A stretch of 64,000 bases of DNA from the human T2T-CHM13v2.0 reference genome, Homo sapiens, in the NCBI RefSeq assembly GCF_009914755.1, contig NC_060940.1; one strand, written 5' to 3'. Both the position numbers and the translations under genes were made by a program. How positions within the stretch are numbered: position 1 is the stretch's first letter; each line of letters starts with the position of its first letter. The notes below the pieces were generated by a model that made no database searches, was not told the DNA's origin, and saw only the letters and a program-made list of their open reading frames with translations. Shown here piece after piece: positions 30,601 through 45,900 of this stretch.

Positions 30601-33600
30601 TATTCCATTTGATGATGATTACATTCGATTCCATTTGATGATTCCATCTGATTCTATTCGAGGATTCCATTTGATTCCATTCGATGATGATTCCATTCGA
30701 GTCCATTCGATGATTTCATTCCAGTACATCCAATGATTCCATTCGAGTCCATTAGATGATTCCATTTGATTCCATTTGAAAATGATTCTACTAGAGTCCA
30801 TTCAATGACTCCATTCGAGTCCATTCAACAATTCCATTCGACTCCATTCGATGATTCCATTCGATTCCATTTGATGGTTCCATTCGAGTCCATTTAATCA
30901 TTACAGTCGAGTCCATTTGGTGATTCCACTGGATTTCTTTTGATAATGATACCATTCAATTACATTTGATGATGATCCCATTCAATTTCATTTGATGATG
31001 ATTCCATTAGAGTCCATTCGATGATTTCATTCGAGTCCCTTCATTGATTCCATCCGATTTCATTGGATGATGACTCCATTCGAGTCCATTCGATGATTCC
31101 ACTCGATTCCATTAGATGACTCCATTGGAGTCCATTTGATTGTTCCATTCGATTCCATTCGATTCCTTTCGAAGATTATTCCATTTGAGTCCATTCGATG
31201 ATGATTCCATTCCATTCCATTCGATGATTCCGTTTGATTCCATTCGATGATTCCCTTCGATTCCTTTCTTTGATGATTCCATTCCATTCCATTCAATGAT
31301 TCCATTCGAATCTATTCCATGATGATTCCTTTCGATTCCATTCGCTGATGTTTCCGTTCAATTCCATTCGATGATGATTCCATTCGATTCCATTCATTGA
31401 GGTTTCCATTTGATTCCATTCAATGATGATTCCATTCTATTCCATTCAATGATTGCATTCAATTCCATTCAATGATTATCCCATTAGAGTAAACTCAACG
31501 ATTCCATTCAATACCATTCGATGATGATTCCTTTTGAGTCCATTCAATGATTTCATTCAAGTCCATTTGATGATTCCTTTCAATTCCATTCTATGATGAT
31601 TCCATTCGAGTCCATTCGATGATTCCATTCGATTGCATTCGATGATTCCATTATATTCCATTCAACGGTGGTTCCATTCGAGTCCATTCCATGATACCAT
31701 TAGAGTACATTTAATGATTGCTTTGTTTTCAATTCGAAGATGATTACATTGGATTCCATTCTATGATACCATTCGATTCCATTCAATGATGATTCCACTC
31801 AAATCCATTGGATGATTCCATTCGTGTCCATTCGGTGATTTCATTAGATTCCATTCGAGGATGATTCCATTTGATTCCATTCGATGATTCCATTCAATTC
31901 CATTCGATGATGATTCCATTCCAGTCCATATGATCATTCCATTTGATTTCATTCGATGATGATTCCATTCGATTCGATTCGACGATTCCATTCTATTCCA
32001 TTCGATGACGATTCCATTCGAGTCCATTCGATGATTCCATTCGAGTCCATTTAATGATTCCATTGGGTTCAATTCAATGATGATTACATTGGATTCCGTT
32101 CTATGATTCCATTCAATTCCGTTCATTGACAATTTGATTCCATTCGATGATGATTCCATTTGAGTTCATTCGATGATTCTATTCGATTCTCTTCGGTGGT
32201 GATTCAATTCTATTATATTGGATGATTCCATTCGATTCCATTTGATGTTGATTCAATTCGATTCTATTCGATGATGATTCCATTGGATTTCACTTGATGA
32301 TTCTATTCGATTCCATTCAATGATGATTCACTTCTCGTCCATTGGATGATTCCATTTCATTCCATTCGATGATGATTCCATTCGATTCCATTCGTTGATT
32401 CCATTTGATTCCATGCGACGGTGAGCAATTCGATTCAATTCCATGATGATTCTATTTGATTCAATTAGATGATGTTTCCATTCGAATCCATTCCATGATT
32501 ATTCCATTGGAATCCATTCGGCGATGATTCCATATGAGTCAATTCAATGATGATTCCATATGGGTCCGTTCGATGATAATTCCATTTGATTTCATTCGAT
32601 GCTTCTGTTCTATTCCAGTCGATGATGATTCCGTTGGAGTCCATACGATGATTCCATTTGATTTCATTTGATGATGATTCCATTCGATGATGATTACATT
32701 GGATTCCATTCTATGATTCCATTCAATTCCATTCGTTGATGATTCGATTCCATTCAATGATGATTCCATTTGAGTTCATTCGATGATTCTATTCGATTCC
32801 GTTCGATGGTGATTCAATTCTATTATATTGGATGATTCCACTCGATTCCATTTGATGATTATTCCATTGGAGTCCACTTAGTGAATCCTTTAGATTCTAC
32901 TCGACGATGATTCCATTCGAGTCCATTCGATGATACCATTCAATTCCATTCGTTGATGCTTCCATTCAAGTGCATTCGATGATATCATTCGATTCCATTT
33001 GATGATAATTCCATTTGATTCCATGCGAGGATTCTATTCGATTCCATTCAATGATAATTCCATTCAATTCAGTGATTCCTCTGGACTCCATTTGATGATG
33101 ATTCCATTCAATGATTCCATTCGATTCTATTCGAAAATGATTCCATTTGAATCCATTTGATGATGATTCCATTAGATTCCATTTGATGATTCCATTCGAT
33201 TCCATTCGACGATGATTCCATTCGATTCCGTTTGATGATTCCATTATATTCTATTCGATGATGATTCCATTCGATTCCATTCGATGATGATTGGATTCGA
33301 TTCCATTTGATGATTTCATTTGATTCCTTTCGTTAATGATTTCGATCAATTCCATTCGATGATTCCATTTGATTCCATTCGATAATGATTACATCCGAGT
33401 CCATTCGATGATTCCCTTTGAGCCTGTTCGATAATTCCATTTGAGTCCAACCAATGATTCCATTCATTTCCATTCAATGATTCCATTCGAGTCCATTTGA
33501 TCATTCCGGTAGGGTCCATTCGATGTTGATTCCATTGGAGTGCATTCGATGATTCCATTCGAGTCCATTTTAGGATTTGATTCGAGTCCTTTCGATGATT

Positions 33601-33803
33601 CCATTCGATTCCACTCGATGATGATTTCATTCGAGTCCATTCGACACTTCCAATCGATTCCATTTGATGATTCCATTCGAGTCCAATTGATGATTCCATT
33701 CAATTCCATTCGATGATGATTCCGTACGATTCCATTCTGTGATGATTCCATGTGATTGCATTCAATGATGATTCCTTTCGATTGCATTCGATTATGATTC
33801 ATT
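27690..33803 (+). repeat. Unit U6 (6114 bp)
   Basis: Marker spacing; -1 bp (~29104), -23 bp (~29395) and +26 bp (~30200-30255). Confidence 0.9.
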
Positions 33804-36800
33804 TCGTGTTCATTCTATGGTTCCACAGGTTTCCATTCGTGTCCATTCCATTATTCCATTCTATTCCATTTGATGATGATTCCATTCGATTCCATTCATT
33901 GGTGATTCCACTCAATTCCATTCAATGATTCCATTCCATTTCTTTCAACAATGATTCCATTAGTTTCTAATCGATGATCCACTTGATTCCATTTGACGAC
34001 GATTCCATTCTTGTCCATTCGATGATTCCATTTGATTCCATATGATGATGATTCCATTCGATTCCATACCATGATGATTCCATTCGAGTCCATTCAATGG
34101 TGATTCCATTCAATTCCATTCGATGATTCCTTTCGATTCCATTCGATGATGATGGCATTCGATTCCTTTCAATCATTCCCTTTGATTCCATTCAAAGGTG
34201 ATTTCATTCAAGTCCATTCGATAATTGCATTCGATTCCATTCTATGATGATTCCATTCGAGTCCATTTGATGATTCCATTCAATTCAAGTCAATGATGAT
34301 TCCATTCGATTCCATTCGATGATTCCATTGGATTCCATTCGATGATGATTCCATTCAAATCCATTCGATAATTCAATTCAAGTCCATTCGATGATGATTA
34401 AAATCGAATCCATTCAAAGATTCCATTCAGTTCCATTCGATGATTCCCTTAGATTCCATTCGATGATTCCACTTGATTGCATTTACGATGATTCCATTCG
34501 ATTCCATGTGATGATTCCATTCAATTCTATTCAATGATGTCTCCATTTGATTCCATTCGACCATGATTGCCTTTGATTCCATTCAATGATTCCATTCGGT
34601 TCCGTTTGATGATGATTCCGTTCGATTCCATTTGATGATTCCATTTGATTCCATTGGATGAGTCCATTCGATTACATTCGATGATTATTCCATTCGAGTG
34701 CATTAGATGATTCCATTCGAGTCCATTCGATGATTCCATTCGATTCCATTCGATGTTGATTCTGTTCAAATCCATTCGATGATTCCACTCGATTCCATTC
34801 GTTGACTCCATTTGATCCCATTCGATGATTTCCTTTGATTCCCTTTGATGATCATTCCATTTGATTCAATTCGGTGATTTCATTTGATTCCATTCAGTGA
34901 TGTTTCCATTCGACTCCATTCGATGATGATTCCATTCGACTCCATTCGATTATGATTTCATTCAATTCCATTCGATAATGATTCCCTTCGAGTCCATTCG
35001 ATGATTCCATTCGATTCCATTCAACGATGATTTGATTCGTGTCCATTCGATGATTCCATTTGATTCCACTTGATGATGATTCCATTCGAGTCCATTTGAT
35101 GATTCCATTCAATTCCATACTCCGATGATTTCTTTTGAGCCCACTCAATGCTTCCACTCGATTCCATATGATGATGACTCCATTCGATGAAATTCGATGA
35201 TGATTCCATTCGCTTGCTTTTGATGATGATTCCACTTGAGTCCGTTAGAAGATTCTATTCAATTACATTCCATGACGATTCCGTTCAAGTCCATTTGATG
35301 ATTCCATTAGACTCCATTCGACGATGATTCCATTCGATGTTATTCGATGATTCCATTCGATCTCATTCGATGATGATTCCATTCAACTCCATTCGATGTT
35401 TCCATTCGAGTTCATTCTATTATTCCATTAGATTCCATTCGATGATGATTCCATTCGATTCCATTTGATGATTGCATTCTATTTCATTTGATGATGATTC
35501 CATTCGAGTCCACTCGATGATTCCATTCGAGTCCATTTAATGAATCCATTGGTTTCAATTCTATGATGATTACATTGGATTCCATTCGTTGATGATTTCA
35601 TTCGGTTCCATTCAATGATGATTCCATTCAATTCCTTTCAATGTTTCCATTCAATTCCATACGATGATGATTCCATTTGATTTGATTCGACAGTGAGCCA
35701 TTCGATTCAATTCCATGATGATTCTATTTGATTCAATTGGTTGACATTTCCATTCGATTCCATTCGATGATGATTCCCTTTGATTCCGTTCAAAGATGAT
35801 TCCATTCTAGCCCATTCAATCATTCCATTCGATTCTATTCAATGATGATTCCATTCATGTCGATTTGGTGATTCCATTTGACTTCATTTGATGATGATTC
35901 CTTTCAAGTTCATTAGATGATTCCATTCGATTCCATTTGATGATGATCCCATTCGAGTCCATTCAGTGATTCCCTTCGTTTCCATTCCATGATGATTCCA
36001 TTCCTTTCCATTCAATGATTCCATTCGATTCCGTTTGATGATGATTTCATTCGAGTCCATTTGATGATTCCATTTGATTCCATTCGATGATGGTTCCATT
36101 CGAGTCCATTCGATGATTCTATTCGAATCCATTTGATGATTTCTTTTGATTATATTTGGTGATGATTCCATTGGAGTCCATTCAATGATTCCATTCTATT
36201 CCAATCGATGATGATTCCATTAGAGTCCATTTAATGATTCCATTTGATTCCAGTCTCTGATGATTACATTCGAGTCCATACGATGATTCCACTCAATTCC
36301 ATATGATGATGATTCCATTTGATTCCATTCGGTGATTCCATTCTATTCTATTCAATGGTGATTCCATTCGAGTACATTAGATGATTCCATTCGATTCCAT
36401 TCAATGATGATTCTATTTGTGTCCCTTAGATGATTCCACATGATTCCATTAGATGATGATACTATTTGAGCCCATCCAATGATTCCCTTCGATTCCATTC
36501 GATGAGGATTCCATTCGATTCAATTCATTGGTGATTCTATTCAATTCAATTCTTTGATTCCATTCCATTCCATTCGACAATGATTCCATTCGATTTCTTT
36601 CGATGATTCCACTCGATTCCACTTGACATTGATTCCATTCGATTCCATTCAATGATTCCATTTGATTCCAGTGGATGATGATTGCCATCGATTCCATTCG
36701 ATCACTCCATTCTATTCCATTTGATGATGATTACATTCGATTCCATTTGATGATTCCATCTGATTCTATTCGAGGATTCCATTTGATTCCATTCGATGAT

Positions 36801-39800
36801 GATTCCATTCGAGTCCATTCGATGATTTCATTCCAGTACATCCAATGATTCCATTCGAGTCCATTAGATGATTCCATTTGATTCCATTTGAAAATGATTC
36901 TACTAGAGTCCATTCAATGACTCCATTCGAGTCCATTCAACAATTCCATTCGACTCCATTCGATGATTCCATTCGATTCCATTTGATGGTTCCATTCGAG
37001 TCCATTTAATCATTACAGTCGAGTCCATTTGGTGATTCCACTGGATTTCTTTTGATAATGATACCATTCAATTACATTTGATGATGATCCCATTCAATTT
37101 CATTGGATGATGATTCCATTAGAGTCCATTCGATGATTTCATTCGAGTCCCTTCATTGATTCCATCCGATTTCATTGGATGATGACTCCATTCGAGTCCA
37201 TTCGATGATTCCACTCGATTCCATTAGATGACTCCATCGGAGTCCATTTGATTGTTCCATTCGATTCCATTCGATTCCTTTCGAAGATTATTCCATTTGA
37301 GTCCATTCGATGATGATTCCATTCCATTCCATTCGATGATTCCGTTTGATTCCATTCGATGATTCCCTTCGATTCCTTTCTTTGATGATTCCATTCCATT
37401 CCATTCAATGATTCCATTCGAATCTATTCCATGATGATTCCTTTCGATTCCATTCGCTGATGTTTCCGTTCAATTCCATTCGATGATGATTCCATTCGAT
37501 TCCATTCATTGAGGTTTCCATTTGATTCCATTCAATGATGATTCCATTCTATTCCATTCAATGATTGCATTCAATTCCATTCAATGATTATCCCATTAGA
37601 GTAAACTCAACGATTCCATTCAATACCATTCGATGATGATTCCTTTTGAGTCCATTCAATGATTTCATTCAAGTCCATTTGATGATTCCTTTCAATTCCA
37701 TTCTATGATGATTCCATTCGAGTCCATTCGATGATTCCATTCGATTGCATTCGATGATTCCATTATATTCCATTCAACGGTGGTTCCATTCGAGTCCATT
37801 CCATGATACCATTAGAGTACATTTAATGATTGCTTTGTTTTCAATTCGAAGATGATTACATTGGATTCCATTCTATGATACCATTCGATTCCATTCAATG
37901 ATGATTCCACTCAAATCCATTGGATGATTCCATTCGTGTCCATTCGGTGATTTCATTAGATTCCATTCGAGGATGATTCCATTTGATTCCATTCGATGAT
38001 TCCATTCAATTCCATTCGATGATGATTCCATTCCAGTCCATATGATCATTCCATTTGATTTCATTCGATGATGATTCCATTCGATTCGATTCGACGATTC
38101 CATTCTATTCCATTCGATGACGATTCCATTCGAGTCCATTCGATGATTCCATTCGAGTCCATTTAATGATTCCATTGGGTTCAATTCAATGATGATTACA
38201 TTGGATTCCGTTCTATGATTCCATTCAATTCCGTTCATTGACAATTTGATTCCATTCGATGATGATTCCATTTGAGTTCATTCGATGATTCTATTCGATT
38301 CTCTTCGGTGGTGATTCAATTCTATTATATTGGATGATTCCATTCGATTCCATTTGATGTTGATTCAATTCGATTCTATTCGATGATGATTCCATTGGAT
38401 TTCACTTGATGATTCTATTCGATTCCATTCAATGATGATTCACTTCTCGTCCATTGGATGATTCCATTTCATTCCATTCGATGATGATTCCATTCGATTC
38501 CATTCGTTGATTCCATTTGATTCCATGCGACGGTGAGCAATTCGATTCAATTCCATGATGATTCTATTTGATTCAATTAGATGATGTTTCCATTCGAATC
38601 CATTCCATGATTATTCCATTGGAATCCATTCGGCGATGATTCCATATGAGTCAATTCAATGATGATTCCATATGGGTCCGTTCGATGATAATTCCATTTG
38701 ATTTCATTCGATGCTTCTGTTCTATTCCAGTCGATGATGATTCCGTTGGAGTCCATACGATGATTCCATTTGATTTCATTTGATGATGATTCCATTCGAT
38801 GATGATTACATTGGATTCCATTCTATGATTCCATTCAATTCCATTCGTTGATGATTCGATTCCATTCAATGATGATTCCATTTGAGTTCATTCGATGATT
38901 CTATTCGATTCCGTTCGATGGTGATTCAATTCTATTATATTGGATGATTCCACTCGATTCCATTTGATGATTATTCCATTGGAGTCCACTTAGTGAATCC
39001 TTTAGATTCTACTCGACGATGATTCCATTCGAGTCCATTCGATGATACCATTCAATTCCATTCGTTGATGCTTCCATTCAAGTGCATTCGATGATATCAT
39101 TCGATTCCATTTGATGATAATTCCATTTGATTCCATGCGAGGATTCTATTCGATTCCATTCAATGATAATTCCATTCAATTCAGTGATTCCTCTGGACTC
39201 CATTTGATGATGATTCCATTCAATGATTCCATTCGATTCTATTCGAAAATGATTCCATTTGAATCCATTTGATGATGATTCCATTAGATTCCATTTGATG
39301 ATTCCATTCGATTCCATTCGACGATGATTCCATTCGATTCCGTTTGATGATTCCATTATATTCTATTCGATGATGATTCCATTCGATTCCATTCGATGAT
39401 GATTGGATTCGATTCCATTTGATGATTTCATTTGATTCCTTTCGTTAATGATTTCGATCAATTCCATTCGATGATTCCATTTGATTCCATTCGATAATGA
39501 TTACATCCGAGTCCATTCGATGATTCCCTTTGAGCCTGTTCGATAATTCCATTTGAGTCCAACCAATGATTCCATTCATTTCCATTCAATGATTCCATTC
39601 GAGTCCATTTGATCATTCCGGTAGGGTCCATTCGATGTTGATTCCATTGGAGTGCATTCGATGATTCCATTCGAGTCCATTTTAGGATTTGATTCGAGTC
39701 CTTTCGATGATTCCATTCGATTCCACTCGATGATGATTTCATTCGAGTCCATTCGACACTTCCAATCGATTCCATTTGATGATTCCATTCGAGTCCAATT

Positions 39801-39915
39801 GATGATTCCATTCAATTCCATTCGATGATGATTCCGTACGATTCCATTCTGTGATGATTCCATGTGATTGCATTCAATGATGATTCCTTTCGATTGCATT
39901 CGATTATGATTCATT
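33804..39915 (+). repeat. Unit U7, canonical length (6112 bp)
   Basis: Marker spacing 33804 to 39916; used here as the reference unit. Confidence 0.92.
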
Positions 39916-42900
39916 TCGTGTTCATTCTATGGTTCCACAGGTTTCCATTCGTGTCCATTCCATTATTCCATTCTATTCCATTTGATGATGATTCCATTCG
40001 ATTCCATTCATTGGTGATTCCACTCAATTCCATTCAATGATTCCATTCCATTTCTTTCAACAATGATTCCATTAGTTTCTAATCGATGATCCACTTGATT
40101 CCATTTGACGACGATTCCATTCTTGTCCATTCGATGATTCCATTTGATTCCATATGATGATGATTCCATTCGATTCCATACCATGATGATTCCATTCGAG
40201 TCCATTCAATGGTGATTCCATTCAATTCCATTCGATGATTCCTTTCGATTCCATTCGATGATGATGGCATTCGATTCCTTTCAATCATTCCCTTTGATTC
40301 CATTCAAAGGTGATTTCATTCAAGTCCATTCGATAATTGCATTCGATTCCATTCTATGATGATTCCATTCGAGTCCATTTGATGATTCCATTCAATTCAA
40401 GTCAATGATGATTCCATTGGATTCCATTCGATGATTCCATTGGATTCCATTCGATGATGATTCCATTCAAATCCATTCGATAATTCAATTCAAGTCCATT
40501 CGATGATGATTAAAATCGAATCCATTCAAAGATTCCATTCAGTTCCATTCGATGATTCCCTTAGATTCCATTCGATGATTCCACTTGATTGCATTTACGA
40601 TGATTCCATTCGATTCCATGTGATGATTCCATTCAATTCTATTCAATGATGTCTCCATTTGATTCCATTCGACCATGATTGCCTTTGATTCCATTCAATG
40701 ATTCCATTCGGTTCCGTTTGATGATGATTCCGTTCGATTCCATTTGATGATTCCATTTGATTCCATTGGATGAGTCCATTCGATTACATTCGATGATTAT
40801 TCCATTCGAGTGCATTAGATGATTCCATTCGAGTCCATTCGATGATTCCATTCGATTCCATTCGATGTTGATTCTGTTCAAATCCATTCGATGATTCCAC
40901 TCGATTCCATTCGTTGACTCCATTTGATCCCATTCGATGATTTCCTTTGATTCCCTTTGATGATCATTCCATTTGATTCAATTCGGTGATTTCATTTGAT
41001 TCCATTCAGTGATGTTTCCATTCGACTCCATTCGATGATGATTCCATTCGACTCCATTCGATTATGATTTCATTCAATTCCATTCGATAATGATTCCCTT
41101 CGAGTCCATTCGATGATTCCATTCGATTCCATTCAACGATGATTTGATTCGTGTCCATTCGATGATTCCATTTGATTCCACTTGATGATGATTCCATTCG
41201 AGTCCATTTGATGATTCCATTCAATTCCATACTCCGATGATTTCTTTTGAGCCCACTCAATGCTTCCACTCGATTCCATATGATGATGACTCCATTCGAT
41301 GAAATTCGATGATGATTCCATTCGCTTGCTTTTGATGATGATTCCACTTGAGTCCGTTAGAAGATTCTATTCAATTACATTCCATGACGATTCCGTTCAA
41401 GTCCATTTGATGATTCCATTAGACTCCATTCGACGATGATTCCATTCGATGTTATTCGATGATTCCATTCGATCTCATTCGATGATGATTCCATTCAACT
41501 CCATTCGATGTTTCCATTCGAGTTCATTCTATTATTCCATTAGATTCCATTCGATGATGATTCCATTCGATTCCATTTGATGATTGCATTCTATTTCATT
41601 TGATGATGATTCCATTCGAGTCCACTCGATGATTCCATTCGAGTCCATTTAATGAATCCATTGGTTTCAATTCTATGATGATTACATTGGATTCCATTCG
41701 TTGATGATTTCATTCGGTTCCATTCAATGATGATTCCATTCAATTCCTTTCAATGTTTCCATTCAATTCCATACGATGATGATTCCATTTGATTTGATTC
41801 GACAGTGAGCCATTCGATTCAATTCCATGATGATTCTATTTGATTCAATTGGTTGACATTTCCATTCGATTCCATTCGATGATGATTCCCTTTGATTCCG
41901 TTCAAAGATGATTCCATTCTAGCCCATTCAATCATTCCATTCGATTCTATTCAATGATGATTCCATTCATGTCGATTTGGTGATTCCATTTGACTTCATT
42001 TGATGATGATTCCTTTCAAGTTCATTAGATGATTCCATTCGATTCCATTTGATGATGATCCCATTCGAGTCCATTCAGTGATTCCCTTCGTTTCCATTCC
42101 ATGATGATTCCATTCCTTTCCATTCAATGATTCCATTCGATTCCGTTTGATGATGATTTCATTCGAGTCCATTTGATGATTCCATTTGATTCCATTCGAT
42201 GATGGTTCCATTCGAGTCCATTCGATGATTCTATTCGAATCCATTTGATGATTTCTTTTGATTATATTTGGTGATGATTCCATTGGAGTCCATTCAATGA
42301 TTCCATTCTATTCCAATCGATGATGATTCCATTAGAGTCCATTTAATGATTCCATTTGATTCCAGTCTCTGATGATTACATTCGAGTCCATACGATGATT
42401 CCACTCAATTCCATATGATGATGATTCCATTTGATTCCATTCGGTGATTCCATTCTATTCTATTCAATGGTGATTCCATTCGAGTACATTAGATGATTCC
42501 ATTCGATTCCATTCAATGATGATTCTATTTGTGTCCCTTAGATGATTCCACATGATTCCATTAGATGATGATACTATTTGAGCCCATCCAATGATTCCCT
42601 TCGATTCCATTCGATGAGGATTCCATTCGATTCAATTCATTGGTGATTCTATTCAATTCAATTCTTTGATTCCATTCCATTCCATTCGACAATGATTCCA
42701 TTCGATTTCTTTCGATGATTCCACTCGATTCCACTTGACATTGATTCCATTCGATTCCATTCAATGATTCCATTTGATTCCAGTGGATGATGATTGCCAT
42801 CGATTCCATTCGATCACTCCATTCTATTCCATTTGATGATGATTACATTCGATTCCATTTGATGATTCCATCTGATTCTATTCGAGGATTCCATTTGATT

Positions 42901-45900
42901 CCATTCGATGATGATTCCATTCGAGTCCATTCGATGATTTCATTCCAGTACATCCAATGATTCCATTCGAGTCCATTAGATGATTCCATTTGATTCCATT
43001 TGAAAATGATTCTACTAGAGTCCATTCAATGACTCCATTCGAGTCCATTCAACAATTCCATTCGACTCCATTCGATGATTCCATTCGATTCCATTTGATG
43101 GTTCCATTCGAGTCCATTTAATCATTACAGTCGTGTCCATTTGGTGATTCCACTGGATTTCTTTTGATAATGATACCATTCAATTACATTTGATGATGAT
43201 CCCATTCAACTTCATTTGATGATGATTCCATTAGAGTCCATTCGATGATTTCATTCGAGTCCCTTTATTGATTCCATCCGATTTCATTGGATGATGACTC
43301 CATTCGAGTCCATTCGATGATTCCACTCGATTCCATTAGATGACTCCATCGGAGTCCATTTGATTGTTCCATTCGATTCCATTCGATTCCTTTCGAAGAT
43401 TATTCCATTTGAGTCCATTCGATGATGATTCCATTCCATTCCATTCGATGATTCCGTTTGATTCCATTCGATGATTCCCTTCGATTCCTTTCTTTGATGA
43501 TTCCATTCCATTCCATTCAATGATTCCATTCGAATCTATTCCATGATGATTCCTTTCGATTCCATTCGCTGATGTTTCCGTTCAATTCCATTCGATGATG
43601 ATTCCATTCGATTCCATTCAATGATTGCATTCAATTCCATTCAATGATTATCCCATTAGAGTAAACTCAACGATTCCATTCAATACCATTCGATGATGAT
43701 TCCTTTTGAGTCCATTCAATGATTTCATTCAAGTCCATTTGATGATTCCTTTCAATTCCATTCTATGATGATTCCATTCGAGTCCATTCGATGATTCCAT
43801 TCGATTGCATTCGATGATTCCATTATATTCCATTCAATGGTGTTTCCATTCGAGTCCATTCCATGATTCCATTAGAGTACATTTAATGATTGCTTTGTTT
43901 TCAATTCGAAGATGATTACATTGGATTCCATTCTATGATACCATTCGATTCCATTCAATGATGATTCCACTCAAATCCATTGGATGATTCCATTCGTGTC
44001 CATTCGGTGATTTCATTAGATTCCATTCGAGGATGATTCCATTCGATTCCATTCGATGATTCCATTCAATTCCATTCGATGATGATTCCATTCCAGTCCA
44101 TATGATCATTCCATTTGATTTCATTCGATGATGATTCCATTCGATTCCATTCGACGATTCCATTCTATTCCATTCGATGATGATTCCATTCGAGTCCATT
44201 CGATGATTCCATTCGAGTCCATTTAATGATTCCATTGGGTTCAATTCAATGATGATTACATTGGATTCCGTTCTATGATTCCATTCAATTCCGTTCATTG
44301 ACAATTTGATTCCATTCGATGATGATTCCATTTGAGTTCATTCGATGATTCTATTCGATTCTCTTCGATGGTGATTCAATTCTATTATATTGGATGATGC
44401 CATTCGATTCCATTTGATGTTGATTCAATTCGATTCTATTCGATGATGATTCCATTGGATTTCACTTGATGATTCTATTCGATTCCATTCAATGATGATT
44501 CACTTCTCGTCCATTGGATGATTCCATTTCATTCCATTCGATGATGATTCCATTCGATTCCATTCGATGATTCCATTTGATTCCATGCGACGGTGAGCAA
44601 TTCGATTCAATTCCATGATGATTCTATTTGATTCAATTAGATGATGTTTCCATTCGAATCCATTCCATGATTATTCCATTGGAATCCATTCGGCGATGAT
44701 TCCATATGAGTCAATTCAATGATGATTCCATATGGGTCCGTTTGATGATAATTCCATTTGATTTCATTCGATGCTTCTATTCTATTCCAGTCGATGATGA
44801 TTCCGTTGGTGTCCATACGATGATTCCATTTGATTTCATTTGATGATGATTCCATTCGATGATGATTACATTGGATTCCATTCTATGATTCCATTCAATT
44901 CCATTCGTTGATGATTCGATTCCATTCAATGATGATTCCATTTGAGTTCATTCGATGATTCTATTCGATTCCGTTCGATGGTGATTCAATTCTATTATAT
45001 TGGATGATTCCACTCGATTCCATTTGATGATTATTCCATTGGAGTCCACTTAGTGAATCCTTTAGATTCTACTCGACGATGATTCCATTCGAGTCCATTC
45101 GATGATACCATTCAATTCCATTCGTTGATGCTTCCATTCAAGTGCATTCGATGATATCATTCGATTCCATTTGATGATAATTCCATTTGATTCCATGCGA
45201 TGATTCTATTCGATTCCATTCAATGATAATTCCATTCAATTCAGTGATTCCTCTGGACTCCATTTGATGATGATTCCATTCAATGATTCCATTCGATTCT
45301 ATTCGAAAATGATTCCATTTGAATCCATTTGATGATGATTCCATTAGATTCCATTTGATGATTCCATTCGATTCCATTCGACGATGATTCCATTCGATTC
45401 CGTTTGATGATTCCATTCTATTCTATTCGATGATGATTCCATTCGATTCCATTCGATGATGATTGGATTCGATTCCATTTGATGATTTCATTTGATTCCA
45501 TTCGTTAATGATTTCGATCAATTCCATTCGATGATTCCATTCGATTCCATTCGATAATGATTACATCCGAGTCCATTCGATGATTCCCTTTGAGCCTGTT
45601 CGATAATTCCATTTGAGTCCAACCAATGATTCCATTCATTTCCATTCAATGATTCCATTCGAGTCCATTTGATCATTCCGGTAGGGTCCATTCGATGTTG
45701 ATTCCATTGGAGTGCATTCGATGATTCCATTCGAGTCCATTTTAGGATTTGATTCGAGTCCTTTCGACGATTCCATTCGATTCCACTCGATGATGATTTC
45801 ATTCGAGTCCATTCGACACTTCCAATCGATTCCATTTGATGATTCCATTCGAGTCCAATTGATGATTCCATTCAATTCCATTCGATGATTATTCCGTACG

